From an uncultured Candidatus Rokubacteria bacterium (lineage in GTDB: Bacteria > Methylomirabilota > Methylomirabilia > Rokubacteriales > CSP1-6), in assembly GCA_963747235.1 (NCBI GenBank), contig CAVVEU010000040.1, forward strand, positions 384,001 to 448,000: a DNA stretch of 64,000 nucleotides, in the 5' to 3' direction. The position numbers and the translations under genes are program-made. Shown piece after piece: positions 9,318-18,873 of the stretch; position 1 is the first letter of the stretch, and each line of letters starts with the position of its first letter. The notes under the pieces were generated by a model that worked only from the letters and a program-made list of their open reading frames with translations, was not told the origin of the DNA and ran no database searches.

Positions 9318-11648
9318 ATGCGAATCGCCATCGGCTGTGATGACACCGGCTTGGCCCTCAAGGAGCCCCTCGTGGCGGCGCTCGAGGCCGACGGGCATGA
9401 CGTCCTCGACCTCGGCACCTTCTCGACCGACCCGGTGGATTATCCGGACTACGCCCGGGCCGTCGGCCAGGCGGTGCTCCGGGGCTTCGTGGACGCGAGC
9501 CTGCTCCTCTGCGCCAGCGGGACCGGTGGGGTCATCGCGGCCAACAAGATGCGGGGCATCCGCGCGGCCATGTGCCACGACGTGGACTCCGCCCGCCGCA
9601 GCCGCGAGGAAGTGGACGCCAACGTGCTCTGCCTGGCCGCGGCCGGGCTCGAGCCCAAGACCGCCATCGAGATCGCCCAGACCTTCATCGGGACCCAGTT
9701 CCAGGCGGGCGACCCGCAGTCGCGGCAGGTGGCGAAGATCGGCCAGCTCGAGGCCGGCCTGCTCGGGGCCGACAAGGCGCCGCTGAAGCCGGCGGAGGAG
9801 AAGGGCGGCCCGAAGGCCACCACCCCCAGGCCGCCATCCGCGAAGCCGGCCGCGCCCTTGCGCGAAGCCGTATCGATGCGCGAGGCATCGGCGGGGCGCA
9901 CGGGGGCGGCGACCCCATCGCCCGCGCCCCGACCCACGGCGCCCGCGGTCACGGCGCCGGCGCTGGTGCTGCCGGACCCGCTCAAGCTGCCCGCGGTGGA
10001 GGAGACACTCCGCTTCCTCGAGCAGCACGAGTTCCTGGACCGCCTGTGGGTGAAGGACGCCACGCTGTGGAAGGGCGACGCGGCCACCGTGCGCAACCGG
10101 CTCGGCTGGCTCACCTCGCCCACCATCATGCGCAGCCACGCCGAGGACATCCGCACGTTCGCCGACGAGATCCGCCGGCTGCAGTACTCCCAGGTGGTCC
10201 TCCTCGGCATGGGCGGCTCCTCCCTGACCGGCGAGGTCCTGAACGAGACCTTCGGCTCCAAGATGGGCTTCCCGGACATGCTCATCCTCGACTCCACGGA
10301 CCCGGGCGCGGTCAAGCAGACCCTCGACGCCTGCAACCTGGGCCGCGCGCTCTTCGTGGTCTCGAGCAAGTCCGGCACCACCACGGAGACGCTGGCCGCC
10401 TACTCGTTCTTCCGCGGCCAGGTCGAGACCGCGGCGTCGCCGCGGCCCGGCATGCAGTTCGTCGCCATCACCGACCCGGGGCGCCCGCTCGACAAGCTGG
10501 CCACCGAGACCGGCTTCCGCCGCACCTTCCTCAATCCCGCGTCCATCGGCGGGCGCTTCTCCGCGCTGTCGTTCTTCGGGCTGGTGCCGGCGGCCCTGAT
10601 CGGCGTGGACATCAAGGTCCTGCTCGAGCGCGCCCACAGCATGGTGGAGACGTGCGGCAACGAGGTGGGCGTGCGCGGCAATCCCGCCGTGCAGCTCGGC
10701 GCGGTCCTGGCCGGACTGGCCCGGGCCGGCCGCGACAAGGTCACCCTGGTGCTCTCCGAGAAGATCCGCGCGCTCGGAAGCTGGATCGAGCAGCTCCTGG
10801 CCGAGTCGCTCGGCAAGGACGGCACCGGCCTCGTGCCGGTGGCGGACGAGCCGCTCGGCGCGCCGAACGTGTACGGGGACGACCGGATCTTCGTGTCCAT
10901 CGTGCTCGAGGGCGACCGGACCCACGACGCGGCCCTCGCGAAGCTCTCGGACGCCGGCCACCCCGTGCTGCGGCTGACCCTGAAAGATCCCATGGATCTC
11001 GGCGCCGAGTTCTTCCGGTGGGAGCTGGCCACCGCCACCGCGGGCGCCGTGCTCGGGGTGAATCCCTTCGACGAGCCGGACGTGGCGCGCGGCAAGGAGC
11101 AGACGAGCACGCTGCTCACCGAGTGGCGGCGCTCGCGGCGCCTGCCCGAGTGGCCCTCGGACGTCGAGGAAGACGGCCTCGTGCTCATGACCAAGTCGAA
11201 CAAGAAGGCGACGTCGGTCAGCAAGGGCCTGGCCGCGCACCTGGCCCAGGCGGTCCCGGGCGACTACCTGGCCATCCAGGCCTATCTCACGCCGACGCCG
11301 GAGGCGTGGCGGATCCTCCAGGAGATCCGAGTGGCCCTGCGCGACCGGCTGCGCATCGCGACCACGTTCGGCTGGGGCCCGCGCTACCTCCACTCGACGG
11401 GCCAGCTCCACAAGGGCGGGCCCACGAGCGGCCTGTTCATCCAGATCACCGGGGACGACCGTGAGGACCTGGCCATCCCGGGCGCGGGCTACGGATTCTC
11501 GACTCTCAAGGCCGCCCAGGCGCTGGGCGATCTCCAGAGTCTGCGCGACGGAGCGCGCCGGGTCATCCGGCTTCATCTCACCGGCAAGCAGTCCCAGGCC
11601 CTGCCGCAGCTCCTGCAGATGGTCCAGGGACTGACCAAGAGGCTCTGA
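9318..11648 (+). CDS. Fusion: RpiB/LacAB-like domain + Pro/Ala linker + glucose-6-phosphate isomerase (Tal-Pgi-type PGI domain)
   Basis: N-terminus MRIAIGCD..DLGT..VDYPDYA..AANKMRGIRAA..DANVLCL. C-terminus GMGGSS, SKSGTTTET, IGGRFSALS, EQLLAESLGK, GPRYLHSTGQLHKGG. Confidence 0.85.
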   Translation: MRIAIGCDDTGLALKEPLVAALEADGHDVLDLGTFSTDPVDYPDYARAVGQAVLRGFVDASLLLCASGTGGVIAANKMRGIRAAMCHDVDSARRSREEVDANVLCLAAAGLEPKTAIEIAQTFIGTQFQAGDPQSRQVAKIGQLEAGLLGADKAPLKPAEEKGGPKATTPRPPSAKPAAPLREAVSMREASAGRTGAATPSPAPRPTAPAVTAPALVLPDPLKLPAVEETLRFLEQHEFLDRLWVKDATLWKGDAATVRNRLGWLTSPTIMRSHAEDIRTFADEIRRLQYSQVVLLGMGGSSLTGEVLNETFGSKMGFPDMLILDSTDPGAVKQTLDACNLGRALFVVSSKSGTTTETLAAYSFFRGQVETAASPRPGMQFVAITDPGRPLDKLATETGFRRTFLNPASIGGRFSALSFFGLVPAALIGVDIKVLLERAHSMVETCGNEVGVRGNPAVQLGAVLAGLARAGRDKVTLVLSEKIRALGSWIEQLLAESLGKDGTGLVPVADEPLGAPNVYGDDRIFVSIVLEGDRTHDAALAKLSDAGHPVLRLTLKDPMDLGAEFFRWELATATAGAVLGVNPFDEPDVARGKEQTSTLLTEWRRSRRLPEWPSDVEEDGLVLMTKSNKKATSVSKGLAAHLAQAVPGDYLAIQAYLTPTPEAWRILQEIRVALRDRLRIATTFGWGPRYLHSTGQLHKGGPTSGLFIQITGDDREDLAIPGAGYGFSTLKAAQALGDLQSLRDGARRVIRLHLTGKQSQALPQLLQMVQGLTKRL

Positions 11649-11653
11649 CGCGC

Positions 11654-13162
11654 ATGACGACTCCCACGCACGACGAATCCTGCACCCTGGTCATCTTCGG
11701 CGCCTCGGGCGATCTCACCAAGCGCAAGCTGATCCCCGCGCTCTGGTCCATGTTCCAGAGCCGCGTGCTCCCCGAGCCGTTCGCGGTGGTCGGGGCGGCG
11801 CGCTCGGAGATGACCAACGAGCAGTTCCGCACGCGCATGCGCGAGGCCATCTCCGACTTCGCGCGCGTGCAGCCGCCCTCGGCGCGCGTGTGGGACCGCT
11901 TCGCGCAGGCCCTCTTCTACTATTCCGGGGACCCCGCCGACGCCGCGACGTATCCCGGCCTCGCCACCTACCTGAAGCAGGTCGAGCAGGAGCGCGGCAC
12001 CAGCGGCAACCGGCTCTTCTACGTGTCCACCCCGCCCTCGGTGTACCCGCACCTCGTCACGCGGCTGGGCGAGGCGGGGCTCAACCGGCCGACCGAGCCC
12101 ACCAACGGGTGGGTGCGCATCATCATCGAGAAGCCCTTCGGCCGCGACCTCGCGTCCGCGGCCTCGCTCAACCAGGTGGTCGCCTCCGCGTTCACCGAGG
12201 ACCAGGTCTACCGGATCGATCACTACCTGGGCAAGGAGACGGTCCAGAACATCCTCGTGTTCCGGTGGGCCAACGGCATCTTCGAGCCGCTCTGGAACCG
12301 CAACCACGTCGATCACGTGCAGATCACGGTGGGCGAGGCCATCGGGGTCGAGGGCCGCGGCGCCTACTACGAGGAATCGGGCGCGCTGCGCGACATGATC
12401 CAGAACCACATCCTGCAGCTCCTCTGCCTGGTCGCGATGGAGCCGCCGGTCACCTTCGACTCCGATCCGGTGCGCGACGAGAAGACCAAGGTGATGCGCG
12501 CGATCCGCCCCATCGCGGCGGACGAGGTGGACCGCGTCGCGGTGCGCGGCCAGTATGGGCCCGGCTTCGTGGGCGGGCAGCGGGTGGTGGGCTACCGCGA
12601 GGAGAAGGGCGTCTCCGCCGAGTCCCTCACCGAGTCCTACGCGGCCCTCCGGCTCGAGATCGAGAACTGGCGGTGGGCGGGCGTGCCGTTCTACCTGCGC
12701 ACCGGCAAGCGGCTGCCCAAGCGCGCGAGCGAGATCGCGGTGCAGTTCAAGCGGACTCCGCATCTGGTGTTCCGGCGCAACCCGGAGATCCTCGCCGAGC
12801 CCAACCTGCTCGTGCTCCGCATCCAGCCCGACGAGGGCATGTCGCTCTCGTTCGGGGCCAAGCTGCCGGGCTCCGAGCTGCGGATCAAGCCGGTGGAGAT
12901 GGAGTTCGACTACGGCAAGGCCTTCGGCGGCGAGCCGCCCGAAGCGTACGAGCGCCTGCTGCTGGACGCGATGAAGGGAGACGCGACGCTCTACGCGCGG
13001 GGCGACTGGGTCACGATGGCGTGGGAGCTGCTGCAGCCCGTGCTCGACACCTGGGCCGGCGGAGATCCGCGCAAGTTCCCCAACTACGAGGCGGGCACGT
13101 GGGGCCCGGCCGAGGCCGACACGCTGATCGAGCGCAGCGGACGGCGCTGGCGGCGCCCCTGA
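11654..13162 (+). CDS. zwf: Glucose-6-phosphate 1-dehydrogenase
   Basis: IFGASGDL, EKPFG, RIDHYLGKETVQN, RDMIQNH, WAGVPFYLRTGK, EAYERLL. Confidence 0.97.
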   Translation: MTTPTHDESCTLVIFGASGDLTKRKLIPALWSMFQSRVLPEPFAVVGAARSEMTNEQFRTRMREAISDFARVQPPSARVWDRFAQALFYYSGDPADAATYPGLATYLKQVEQERGTSGNRLFYVSTPPSVYPHLVTRLGEAGLNRPTEPTNGWVRIIIEKPFGRDLASAASLNQVVASAFTEDQVYRIDHYLGKETVQNILVFRWANGIFEPLWNRNHVDHVQITVGEAIGVEGRGAYYEESGALRDMIQNHILQLLCLVAMEPPVTFDSDPVRDEKTKVMRAIRPIAADEVDRVAVRGQYGPGFVGGQRVVGYREEKGVSAESLTESYAALRLEIENWRWAGVPFYLRTGKRLPKRASEIAVQFKRTPHLVFRRNPEILAEPNLLVLRIQPDEGMSLSFGAKLPGSELRIKPVEMEFDYGKAFGGEPPEAYERLLLDAMKGDATLYARGDWVTMAWELLQPVLDTWAGGDPRKFPNYEAGTWGPAEADTLIERSGRRWRRP

Positions 13163-13189
13163 GCGGGCGCCGCCGCCGTGGCGCCGGGA

Positions 13190-13600
13190 CTACGGCTTGA
13201 GCTGCGCCGACGCCTGACCGACCATCCGCGTCGCCGACATCTCGACCCAGGTGTAGTACCAGCTCTCGTAGATCAGGACCTGGAGCGAGCTGCCGGTCTT
13301 CTCGTACACCTGCGTGGTGCCCTTGTCGGACGCGGTCGTCGACGACAGGTGCTTCCAGCCGTTGGCCTCGAGCGTGGTGCGGAACGCGACCGAGAGGCTA
13401 TCCGGCTCGATGCGGCCCTTGTAGAAGATGCGGGCCGCCTTCACCGACGGCGACTCGATGATCGTGGAGCGGTTCAGGTCCACCGCGAGGCCCTTGGGCA
13501 CCGGGATGTCCTCGAACTCGCTGCGCTGCACCTTGGGCGGCGTCGACGCGCACGCGGTCAGCGCGAGAACGGTCACGGACAGGACGACAAAACGTCGCAT
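13190..13600 (-). CDS. Hypothetical lipoprotein
   Basis: MRRFVVLSVTVLALTAC lipobox, GGAGG RBS, FEDIPVP motif. Corresponds to the 3' part of ORF 13190..14308. Confidence 0.75.
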   Translation of the reverse strand: MRRFVVLSVTVLALTACASTPPKVQRSEFEDIPVPKGLAVDLNRSTIIESPSVKAARIFYKGRIEPDSLSVAFRTTLEANGWKHLSSTTASDKGTTQVYEKTGSSLQVLIYESWYYTWVEMSATRMVGQASAQLKP

Positions 13601-13687
13601 GGGTAGTACCTCCTGCGGGTCATCGTACAGTCCGTGGGGGGTCCGCCCCAAGCTTTTGGAAGCGCGAAGGGCGCGCGAGCCCCGCCG

Positions 13688-14329
13688 GTGACCCGGCGCA
13701 CGGTCCGGGTCGCGCTGATCGCCCTGCTCGCGCTCGCGGGCCTGGCCGCGCTCGCCCACCGTCCCCTGCTGCGCGCGACCGGCCAGGCCCTCGTGGTGGA
13801 CGATCCGCGCGAGCGGGCCGACGCGATCGTGGTGGTGGCGGGCAGCACGCCCAGCCGCGAGGAGACGGCCGCGGGGCTCTACCGCGAGGGCTGGGCTCCG
13901 CGGGTGCTGGTCTCGCGCCAGCTCGTGCCCGGCCGCACCCAGCGGCTCATCGACATGGGGGTCCGCCGGCTCGACTTCCAGGGCGAATCGGTGGCCGCGC
14001 TGGAGAAGTACGGCGTGCCCCGGGACGCCATCGTCACCCTCGACCAGCCGGTGGAGATCACGGAGACGGAGCTGCGCGCGGTGGCCGCGGCGGCCCGGGA
14101 CCGCGGCTGGCGACGGGTCATCCTGGTCACGAGCGCGTTCCACGCCCGCCGCGTGCAGCTCATCTGGCGGCGCGAGAGCGGCGGCATCGAGGGGCGCCTG
14201 GCGGCGGTGCCGGACGAGTGCGCCGGCGGCGACGCCTGGTGGCGCCGCCGCCGCTGCAGCGAATCCGTGCTGCACGAGTACCTGGGACTCCTCGCGCTCT
14301 ACCTCCACATCTCGAGCTTGATGCGCTGA
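13688..14329 (+). CDS. YdcF/DUF218 (ElyC/SanA-like) protein
   Basis: N-terminal TM helix, ADAIVVVAG, T..E, VILVTSAFHARR, E...HEY motifs. Confidence 0.8.
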   Translation: MTRRTVRVALIALLALAGLAALAHRPLLRATGQALVVDDPRERADAIVVVAGSTPSREETAAGLYREGWAPRVLVSRQLVPGRTQRLIDMGVRRLDFQGESVAALEKYGVPRDAIVTLDQPVEITETELRAVAAAARDRGWRRVILVTSAFHARRVQLIWRRESGGIEGRLAAVPDECAGGDAWWRRRRCSESVLHEYLGLLALYLHISSLMR

Positions 14330-14336
14330 TCCCGCG

Positions 14337-14693
14337 TCAGGACCCGATGCGGCGATAGAGGATGTGCTGGCGATTGCGCGTGTGCGGCCGCACCTGGGCC
14401 GGCCAGCGCCCCTTCTCGACCGCCTTGGCCCACGCCTCGGTCACCAGCACGTCGGGCGTCTCGATTTCGTAGAGGGCGCCGTACTTTGGCGCGCCCTCGA
14501 TCACGATGGTCTTGAGCTGCCCGCCGATGCTCATGGTGAGCGGCTGCATCTCGTAGCGCGACACCGCGATGACCCCGGGCACGGTGAGCAGGCTCGGCAC
14601 GTGCTCCTGGTCGTAGACCTCGTTGAAGAGGCGCTCCTGGGCGGGCTCGACGTCCATGGCGGCGCTGAACAGGTAGCGGGTCTTGATGGGCAT
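14337..14693 (-). CDS. EthD-like / dimeric alpha-beta barrel hypothetical protein
   Basis: MDVEPAQERLFNEVYDQEHVPSLLTVPGV...KYGALYEIE pattern. Confidence 0.6.
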   Translation of the reverse strand: MPIKTRYLFSAAMDVEPAQERLFNEVYDQEHVPSLLTVPGVIAVSRYEMQPLTMSIGGQLKTIVIEGAPKYGALYEIETPDVLVTEAWAKAVEKGRWPAQVRPHTRNRQHILYRRIGS

Positions 14694-14712
14694 CGTGGTG
14701 GCTCCGTGTCTC

Positions 14713-14749
14713 CCCCTCTCCCCTCAGGGGAGAGGGCTGGGGTGAGGGG
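14713..14749. repeat. CCCTCTCCC...GGGAGAGGG-GGGTGAGGG interspersed palindromic repeat
   Basis: CCCCTCTCCCCTCAGGGGAGAGGGCTGGGGTGAGGGG, a hairpin of the widespread REP-like class that translates as PSPQPSP..GE. Confidence 0.6.
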
Positions 14750-14792
14750 TGAAGGGTGGGTGGTGAGGGTGGATGGTGAGCGGGCGGGTCGG

Positions 14793-15231
14793 TCAGGCCG
14801 ACTCGCGCGCGCTGCGCCGCGCGCTTGGGCGCCGGAGTGGCCTTGGCCGCGCCGGCGCGGCCGTAGTCGTCCTGGCGGCGGATGATGTCGTCCTCGCCGA
14901 GGTACGGCCCGTGCTGGACCTCGATGAGGATGGCCGGGACGCGGCCGGGGTTCTCGATGCGGTGCCAGGCCCCGCGCGGGACGTCCACCGCGCCCCGGGG
15001 CTTGAGCCGCTTCGGGCGGCCCGCGATGATCACGCGCGGCGAGCCCGAGACCACCACCCAGTGCTCGGCGCGGAACCGGTGCCGCTGCAGGCTCAACCGC
15101 TGGCCGGGCCGGACGAACAGCCGCTTGACCTTGTAGCCGCGGCCCTCCTCCACCGTGATGAACCCACCCCAGGGCCGCGTCTCGAAGACGCCGACCGGGG
15201 TCTCGTCCGCGCGCTTCCGGGGCACCTTCAC
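14793..15231 (-). CDS. Cupin, mannose-6-phosphate isomerase type II C-terminal domain-like (3' end uncertain)
   Basis: RPWGGF, YKVKRL.V.PGQRLSLQRHRFRAEHWVVVSG, HRIENPG, IEVQHGPYLGEDDIIR. GTG start overlaps the serA stop. Confidence 0.8.
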
Positions 15232-16816
15232 AGCCGGATCACCCGCGCGAAATCGGCCTCCACGCTCTTGCTCACCTCTTCCATGACCTCCGTGGGAACG
15301 TCGTCGTCCAGCAGCAGCACCACGATGGCACGGCCCCGGCGCGTGCGCCGGCCCACGTGCATCGAGGCGATGTTGACGTTGTGGCGGCCCAGGATCGACC
15401 CGATCCGGCCCACCATGCCGGGCCGATCCTCGTAGGCCAGCACCAGGATATGCCCCTCCGGGATGAACTCGATATGAAGATCGCGCAGGCGCACGATGCG
15501 GGGCACCCCGTCGAACACGGTGCCCGCGATGATCTTCCGCCCGTCGCCCGCCTGGGTCGTGACCGTGATGAGGTTGGTGTAGCCGGAGGCGGCCTCCGCA
15601 TCGGCCCGCACCTCCACCACGAGCCCCCGGTCGCGCGCGATCAGGTGGGCATTGACCAGGTTCACCGCCTGCACCGTCACGCCTTCGAGGAGCCCCTTCA
15701 GCACCGCGCGGCCCAGCAGCTCGGTGTCCACGCGGGCCAGGTGCCCGGCGACCTCGATCTCCACCCGCTCGACGTTCTCCGGCTCGAGCTGCAGGCAGAA
15801 GCGGCCCAGCACCTCGGCCAGGCGCAGGAACGGGCGCTGCTCGGCCATGGTCTCGCGGTCGCCCACCGGGATGTTCACCGCGTGCTCGACCAGCTCGCCG
15901 TCGCGGAAGGCCACGAGCTGCCGGGCCACGTCCACCGCCACGTTGACCTGCGCCTCCTGGGTGTTGGCGCCCAGGTGCGGCGTGACCACCACGCGCGGAT
16001 GCTGGATCAGGCGCTTGACCGCGGGCGACTGCGGCGGCTCCTCGCTCCACACGTCCACCGCGGCGCCCGCCACGTGGCCCGAGTCGAGCGCGGCCAGCAG
16101 GTCCACCTCGTTGACGATGCCGCCGCGCGCGCAGTTGACGACGCGCGCGCCCGGCTTGAGCGCGGCGAGCTCGCGCGCCCCGATCATGTTCTCGGTCTCG
16201 TCGGTGAGCGGCACGTGCACGGTCAGGATGTCGGCCCGGCTCAGCACCGTCTGCAGGTCGGTCAGCCGCACGCCCAGGTCCCGCGCCCGGCTCTCCGGAA
16301 TGAACGGATCGTAGACCAGGATCTCCATGTCGAAGGCCCGCAGCCGGGCCGCCACCCGCGAGCCCACCTTGCCGAGCCCGAGCACGCCCGCCGTCTTGCG
16401 ATAGAGCTCGGAACCGTAGATGCCCCGGTCCCACTGGAGCTGCTTGAGCGAGTCGTGGGCGGCCGGGATCTTGCGCACGAGGGCCAGCAGCATGCCCACG
16501 GTGTGCTCGGCCGCGGAGACCACGTTGCCGTAGGGCGCGTTGACCACCACCACGCCCTGGCGCGAGCAGGCGTCCACGTCGATGTTGTCCACGCCGACCC
16601 CGGCCCGCCCCAGGATGCGCAGCCGGCGGGCCCGGCCCAGGAACTCCGGGGTCACCGCGGTGGAGGAGCGCGTGACGATCGCCTCGTAGTCCGCCGAGCC
16701 GCGCGTGCAGCTCCTCCTTCGGCAGCTTGCTCGAGACCTGGTCCACCTGGAACCCGCGCTCGGCGAGATACGCGATGCCCTCGGCGCGCGATGGTGTCGA
16801 TCACGAGCACTTTCAT
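15228..16816 (-). CDS. serA: D-3-phosphoglycerate dehydrogenase with ASB/ACT domains (5' frameshifts)
   Basis: GRAGVGVDNID, AEHT, GLGKVG, NCARGG, TPHLGANTQEAQ, ACT domain DRPGMVG..LG..NVNIA. N-terminus MKVLVID at 16816. Confidence 0.9.
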
Positions 16817-18235
16817 GTGCGGTGCGAGCGCAGGAACTTCAGGAAGTCGCGGCCCTCCGCGAGGCGGCGCTTCATGACCTGGCGGTCGCGGAGCATCTCG
16901 GCGCCGAGGGAGAGCATCTTGCGGGGGCGGAAGTAGAAGCGGCGGTAGAACTGGTCCACCGAGCGGAAGATCTCGGTGCGCGAGAGGTGCGGGTAGCCGA
17001 TCGCGCTCACCTGCACCCCGGCGCCGTCCACCAGCTCGTCGGACTCGAGCCAGCCGTTGCGCTGCGCTTCCTCGTAGAGCGCGGTGCCCGGATAGGGCGC
17101 GGCCAGCGAGACCTGGATGGTGCCGGGATCGATCTCGGTCGCGAAGCGGATGGTCTCCGCGATGGTCTCGCGCGTCTCGCCGGGCAGGCCCAGGATGAAG
17201 GTGCCGTGGATCGCGATGCCGAGCGACCGGGCGTCGCGCGTGAACCGCCGCGCCACGTCGAGGCGCACGCCCTTCTTCACGTTGTTGAGGATGGCCTGGT
17301 TGCCCGACTCGTAGCCCACGAGGAGGAGCCGGAGCCCGTTGTCCTTGAGCACCTTGAGGGTCGCGTACGGCACGTTGGCCTTGGCGTTGACCGACCAGGT
17401 GATGCCGAGCCGGCCGAGCCGCTTCGCGATGGCCTCGGCGCGCGGCAGGTCGTCGGTGAACGTGTCGTCGTCGAAGAAGAACTCGCGCACCTGCGGGAAC
17501 AGCCGGGCCGCCTGCGCCATCTCCTCGGCCACGTGCTCGGGGCTGCGGGTGCGGTAGCGCTGCCCGCCCACCGTCTGCGGCCAGAGGCAGAAGGTGCACT
17601 TCGATCGGCAGCCGCGCCCGGTGTAGAGCGAGACGTACGGATGCTGGAGGTAGCCGATGGCGTAGTGCTCGACGGTGAGGTCGCGCTTGTAGACCGGCGT
17701 CACGAAGGGCAGCGCGTCCATGTTCTCGAGCGTCGGGCGCTCCGGCGTGTGCTCCACGTGGCCGTTGACCCGGTAGGAGAGCCCGCGCACGTCGGCGAAG
17801 CGGCCGGCCCTGCGCCACCTCCTGGATCGTGAAATCGAACTCGTTCCGGGCCACGAACGCCAGCGCGGCGCTCGCGCGGAGCGAGGCCTCCGGGGCCACC
17901 GCCACCGCGGCCCCCACGAGCCCGATGACGAGCGCGGGGTTCTCGGCCTTGAGCGCCTCGGCCACCCGCACGTCGGAGGCGAACGAGGGCGTGCTGGTGT
18001 GCATGACGCAGAGGTCGTAGCGCTTGGCGAGCGGCCGCACGTCGTCCACGGTGAGGCCGTCCGGCGGGGCGTCCACGAGCCGCGAGCCCGGCACCAGCGC
18101 GGCGGGCTGGGCCAGCCAGGTCGGGTACCAGAACGACCGGATCTCGCGCTTGGCCTGATAGCGCGAGCCCGCTCCGCCGTCGAAGCCGGCTACCGCGGGC
18201 GGATGGAGAAACAGCGTGCGCAGGTAGTCGGTCAC
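16813..18235 (-). CDS. hpnJ: Hopanoid-biosynthesis-associated radical SAM protein HpnJ-like (frameshifted)
   Basis: TLFLHPP..GFDGGAGSRYQAKREIRSFWYPTWLAQPAALV, GRGCRSKCTFCLWPQT (CxxxCxxC), FFDDDTFTD, IQVSLAAPYPGT. Confidence 0.85.
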
Positions 18236-18285
18236 GATTGGCTCACGATACCACAGCGGCCGGCGCGGCTCCGCGGGCCGCCCGG

Positions 18286-18873
18286 CTAGCCGCGGCGCCG
18301 TCGGCGCCAGAGCACCACGAGCCACCCCGCCGCGACCAGCAGGACCGTACCGCCGATCCAGAGCTGCAGCTCGTGCACGCGGGCGAGCGCCACCGCCACC
18401 GAGTCCGCGACCGCGTAGGCCAGGCCGAACGCCAGCGGCACGCTCAGCAGCACCGCGGCCACGTCCACCAGGAGAAACCGGGGAAACGGGACCCGGACCA
18501 GCCCCGCGGTCAGGAAGGCGGCCGCGCGCAGCCCCATGACGAGCCGGGCCATGATCACGAACTTCAGGCCGTGGCGGTGGTAGGCCTCCATCACGCGGGT
18601 CTCGCGCTCCGGGGTCAGGATGCGCCGCGCCGTCGGCCACTCGAGGATGCGGCGGCCGAAGTGCCGGCCCACCCAGTAGAGCAGCATGTCGCCGGCGAGC
18701 ACGCCGCCCAGGCAGGAGAGCAGCGCGCCCCACCAGTGCATCACCTGCCAGCGCGACATCATGGCCGCGATGACGATCGGCAGCTCCTCCGGGATCGGCA
18801 GCCCCAGGCCGGTGGCGAGGAGGACCAGGAACACGCCCGGATAGCTGAACTGGATGATCAGATCGGTCAGCAT
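18286..18873 (-). CDS. DedA family membrane protein
   Basis: GLGLPIPEE, GDMLLYWVGR..G, ARLVMGLRA..AG motifs. ATG at 18873 overlaps the upstream TGA. Confidence 0.85.
   Translation of the reverse strand: MLTDLIIQFSYPGVFLVLLATGLGLPIPEELPIVIAAMMSRWQVMHWWGALLSCLGGVLAGDMLLYWVGRHFGRRILEWPTARRILTPERETRVMEAYHRHGLKFVIMARLVMGLRAAAFLTAGLVRVPFPRFLLVDVAAVLLSVPLAFGLAYAVADSVAVALARVHELQLWIGGTVLLVAAGWLVVLWRRRRRG

Noticed and set aside
14299-15231. Cupin reading frame running through the repeat and the downstream gene
   Set aside because: The extension is low-complexity and overlaps another CDS. A nearby out-of-frame TGA (14793) suggests an indel.
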